Assembly: GCA_000004985.1 (NCBI GenBank)
Contig: GG739102.1
Strand: one strand, 5' to 3'
Length of the DNA: 7,808 nt
DNA from: Naegleria gruberi
Taxonomy: Eukaryota
The notes under the pieces are model-generated. The model was given only the letters and a program-made list of their open reading frames with translations, searched no databases and was not told the origin of the DNA. Below, one piece after another: positions 7,201 through 7,808 of the stretch; within the stretch, counting starts at the first letter, position 1; every line of letters starts with the position of its first letter. Both the position numbers and the translations under genes were made by a program.

Positions 7201-7808
7201 TCTAGAGGAAAGACTTTTCCAAAGATTAGATATATTGCAAAGACGTTAATTTTGAGGGATTCTAAACTCAAAGATAGACTTAATGTCATTCTTCCCAAAA
7301 ACAAAACGAAATATATTGTTTCTAAAGCTTACATCATTCTTTTATTGAAGGAATTACGAGTGAAAGGACTGACAATATTACATGATTTGTTACCACATAT
7401 GAAAAGGCTCAAATCTTGGCAAAATTCTTATACAATCCCAACAAATTTTACTTCTGGAAAAGCTTTTAACAATTACTTATTAATTGAAGGTTATGGTGAA
7501 AAGTTTATTCATAAGAGTGAAAAAGTTAAAGAAAGATTTATGGAATTATTTGTTGGCAAAGATGGTAAATGCAGGGTAGTAGAATATGATGTGAACACTT
7601 TAGAAATAATTCAAGATTCTAAATATCAAAACTCCTTCAGGAAAGCATGTGATTTAACTAAATGTAATTCAAGAAGTGAATCCTATCATTTTCGTTCAGA
7701 TTCAGTTAGGGCACATTTAGAATCTTTAGATGGTATTTCCACAATTTTCAAGAAGGGTAATTATATTTCAACTGCCAATGTTTATGAAAATGAAATGTCA
7801 ATCAAACT
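4291..7808 (+). CDS. Large ORF, 3'-open, of at least 1172 aa. It encodes an N-terminal coiled coil, a central tyrosine-recombinase domain (phage-integrase, Cre/Flp, Crypton-like), an acidic linker, and an unassigned C-terminal region. It is probably the transposase of a Crypton-like mobile element or a gene domesticated from one.
   Basis: The ATG is at 4291. An in-frame TAA lies at 4267 and no earlier ATG follows it. I checked codon by codon that there is no stop through 7808, giving 1172 codons plus 2 nt. It is missing from the ORF track only because it has no stop in the window. Box I is GQRPDSISFMKLRDVEI, with R521 at nt 5851, and it mirrors lambda Int GQRVGDLCEMKWSDI. The lysine region is TRKMKT (K551/K553). 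YSPRRSCVTR (Y661, R664) sits at the HxxR position, compared with Cre HSARVGAARD. WIGWEADSKVFREY (W694, Y704) matches Cre GGWTNVNIVMNYI with the catalytic Tyr 10 residues after the Trp. An upstream region resembles a core-binding domain (RCAVRSYLKFI...AINAWLCFLARESKAFNTILNYGRGLL). The codon usage is coherent, and the antisense ORFs over it are short. Confidence 0.85.
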   Translation, partial: MLSASAENNLQDMFAQFLKGQRVDTGMEEENKKLKKQVNFLQNLAWEKEQELEERDNAFYAMAARVDGGVLAKYYTKIVKSDRSYRMQINTIKQQLKECDPDDTLIMNSLKKKIETLNKEQEEDKSQYFLEYENAMKITDAELHAIYQKHNAEMLEQKKLIDYLYAKSNEYELTGKKLNDGLMGKALEIEILKKRVQETENRLRDEENRFLTAQNQTMNEFDLRNKSLISEMNTNHQSLILELDTKHQMLVSEMNQRYMTKLSELEEENKQLRVDTSNFLLELQHSKLRIDQLELEVKEAKLTQLTLGQAAINQTPTTYSRTEAMKDFNIGAFSGDAMSILLRPQQRQTIREFQFNPEQDNVTTFQGYIEASRKVGKRTFEKNTLNNHRCAVRSYLKFISMSPEEIEVIPPNNDAINAWLCFLARESKAFNTILNYGRGLLSHIREETGAKNNASIDQLDYRRFSSTLSNILKSFGNEEEKALVYDDVEYFNVMKKSYSSTRRTILRDRAMFACQSAIGQRPDSISFMKLRDVEIFITVDKRVKIIYSTRKMKTILKKPHKQPITSQHNGDREVCPNHVLLNYLIARGALASYDINTPLNKVLETPGQVLIKTDMQDKYLFPCMKVDGTFRDNNRLRTLYFTRIYRQLFSLAGYNKKVSGYSPRRSCVTRMIEHFMDKNTYNAGAEVVVKWIGWEADSKVFREYVDDVVKNHLKIGDIFGLNENEQDGEEDEQEEDVDEQDLEVEDEEDDQLNEDDDDYQQSSECILNDDEIELEFILKINDDQQSPRSVELNIETRPGLDPQISAYIEDKCRTLYEFPNDLIIKFHSKMRIRFVNFLFFAHFELMLQFKDTCNNRRLNQEQRTNLKMSIINERLKNDNFRKSLEEDVEKFFTRIMPSNNPSKDSKFDIYFKGIDIPIRYHDKAIEIYDSADNDMNDESDQDEVMITSGADEDEQEEANSNSSIITWTALSRGKTFPKIRYIAKTLILRDSKLKDRLNVILPKNKTKYIVSKAYIILLLKELRVKGLTILHDLLPHMKRLKSWQNSYTIPTNFTSGKAFNNYLLIEGYGEKFIHKSEKVKERFMELFVGKDGKCRVVEYDVNTLEIIQDSKYQNSFRKACDLTKCNSRSESYHFRSDSVRAHLESLDGISTIFKKGNYISTANVYENEMSIK
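4363..5280 (+). other. N-terminal coiled-coil region of the large ORF, roughly residues 25-330.
   Basis: It is K/E/Q/L-rich and heptad-like, for example NKKLKKQVNFLQNLAWEKEQELEERD, LEIEILKKRVQETENRLRDEENRF and LSELEEENKQLRVDTSNFLLELQHSKLRIDQLELEVKEAKL. It has no Pro or Gly. The 12-mer TCAGAAATGAAT is duplicated internally, encoding SEMN at 4978 and 5047. Confidence 0.5.
5440..6420 (+). other. Tyrosine-recombinase domain (core-binding-like plus catalytic) within the large ORF. It spans roughly residues 385-710.
   Basis: See the motif list in the CDS entry. The residues R521, K551/553, Y661, R664, W694 and Y704 appear in canonical order and spacing. Confidence 0.7.
6454..6573 (+). other. Acidic low-complexity linker NENEQDGEEDEQEEDVDEQDLEVEDEEDDQLNEDDDDYQQ. 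A second D/E-rich patch lies at about 7072-7165.
   Basis: GAA/GAT/GAG-rich codon runs are seen directly. Confidence 0.6.

Noticed and set aside
4542-7304. Minus-strand ORFs 4542..4727, 5203..5388, 6241..6510 and 7110..7304.
   Set aside because: All are short antisense ORFs inside the 3.5-kb + strand recombinase ORF. They show no coding-like composition and no homology.

Overview
This window is AT-rich eukaryotic DNA that appears intron-poor, with yeast-like codon usage (ttg/aag/aga/ggt/cca/caa). A 1668-nt run of N (1246-2913) is an assembly gap. All three real genes lie on the + strand.

(1) Positions 3..965 are the 3' portion of a TFIIE-beta (TFA2-type) general transcription factor gene. 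The frame is open to the window edge. The track's start at 144 is a TTG codon, not a real start.

(2) Positions 3232..3636 hold an HSP90 N-terminal fragment with its own A-rich promoter and 5' UTR. HSP90 homology stops abruptly after residue 91 (...GMTKADLIN), inside the ATP-binding domain. An unrelated 43-codon tail runs to a stop. Several near-invariant HSP90 residues are substituted. This looks like a truncated HSP90-derived pseudogene or chimera.

(3) The largest feature is absent from the supplied ORF track because it has no stop inside the window. An uninterrupted ORF starts at ATG 4291 and runs to the window end (7808): 1172 complete codons, checked codon by codon. Its product has an N-terminal coiled coil, a central domain with textbook tyrosine-recombinase motifs, an acidic linker, and a C-terminal region of at least 400 aa that I cannot assign. 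The recombinase domain is of the Cre/Flp/lambda-Int/Crypton type, with box I GQRPDSISFMKLRDVEI, YSPRR at the box II position, and WIGW...FREY carrying the catalytic Tyr. The best interpretation is a Crypton-like tyrosine-recombinase mobile element, or a gene domesticated from one, sitting immediately downstream of the broken HSP90 copy.

Other observations: an imperfect direct repeat flanks the assembly gap. A set of short repeated motifs (AACAAGCCT x3, TTGCAACAC x2, a 13-mer x2, and a 19-22 bp tandem duplication) lies in the 650 bp between the HSP90 fragment and the recombinase ORF. All remaining track ORFs are antisense or gap artefacts.
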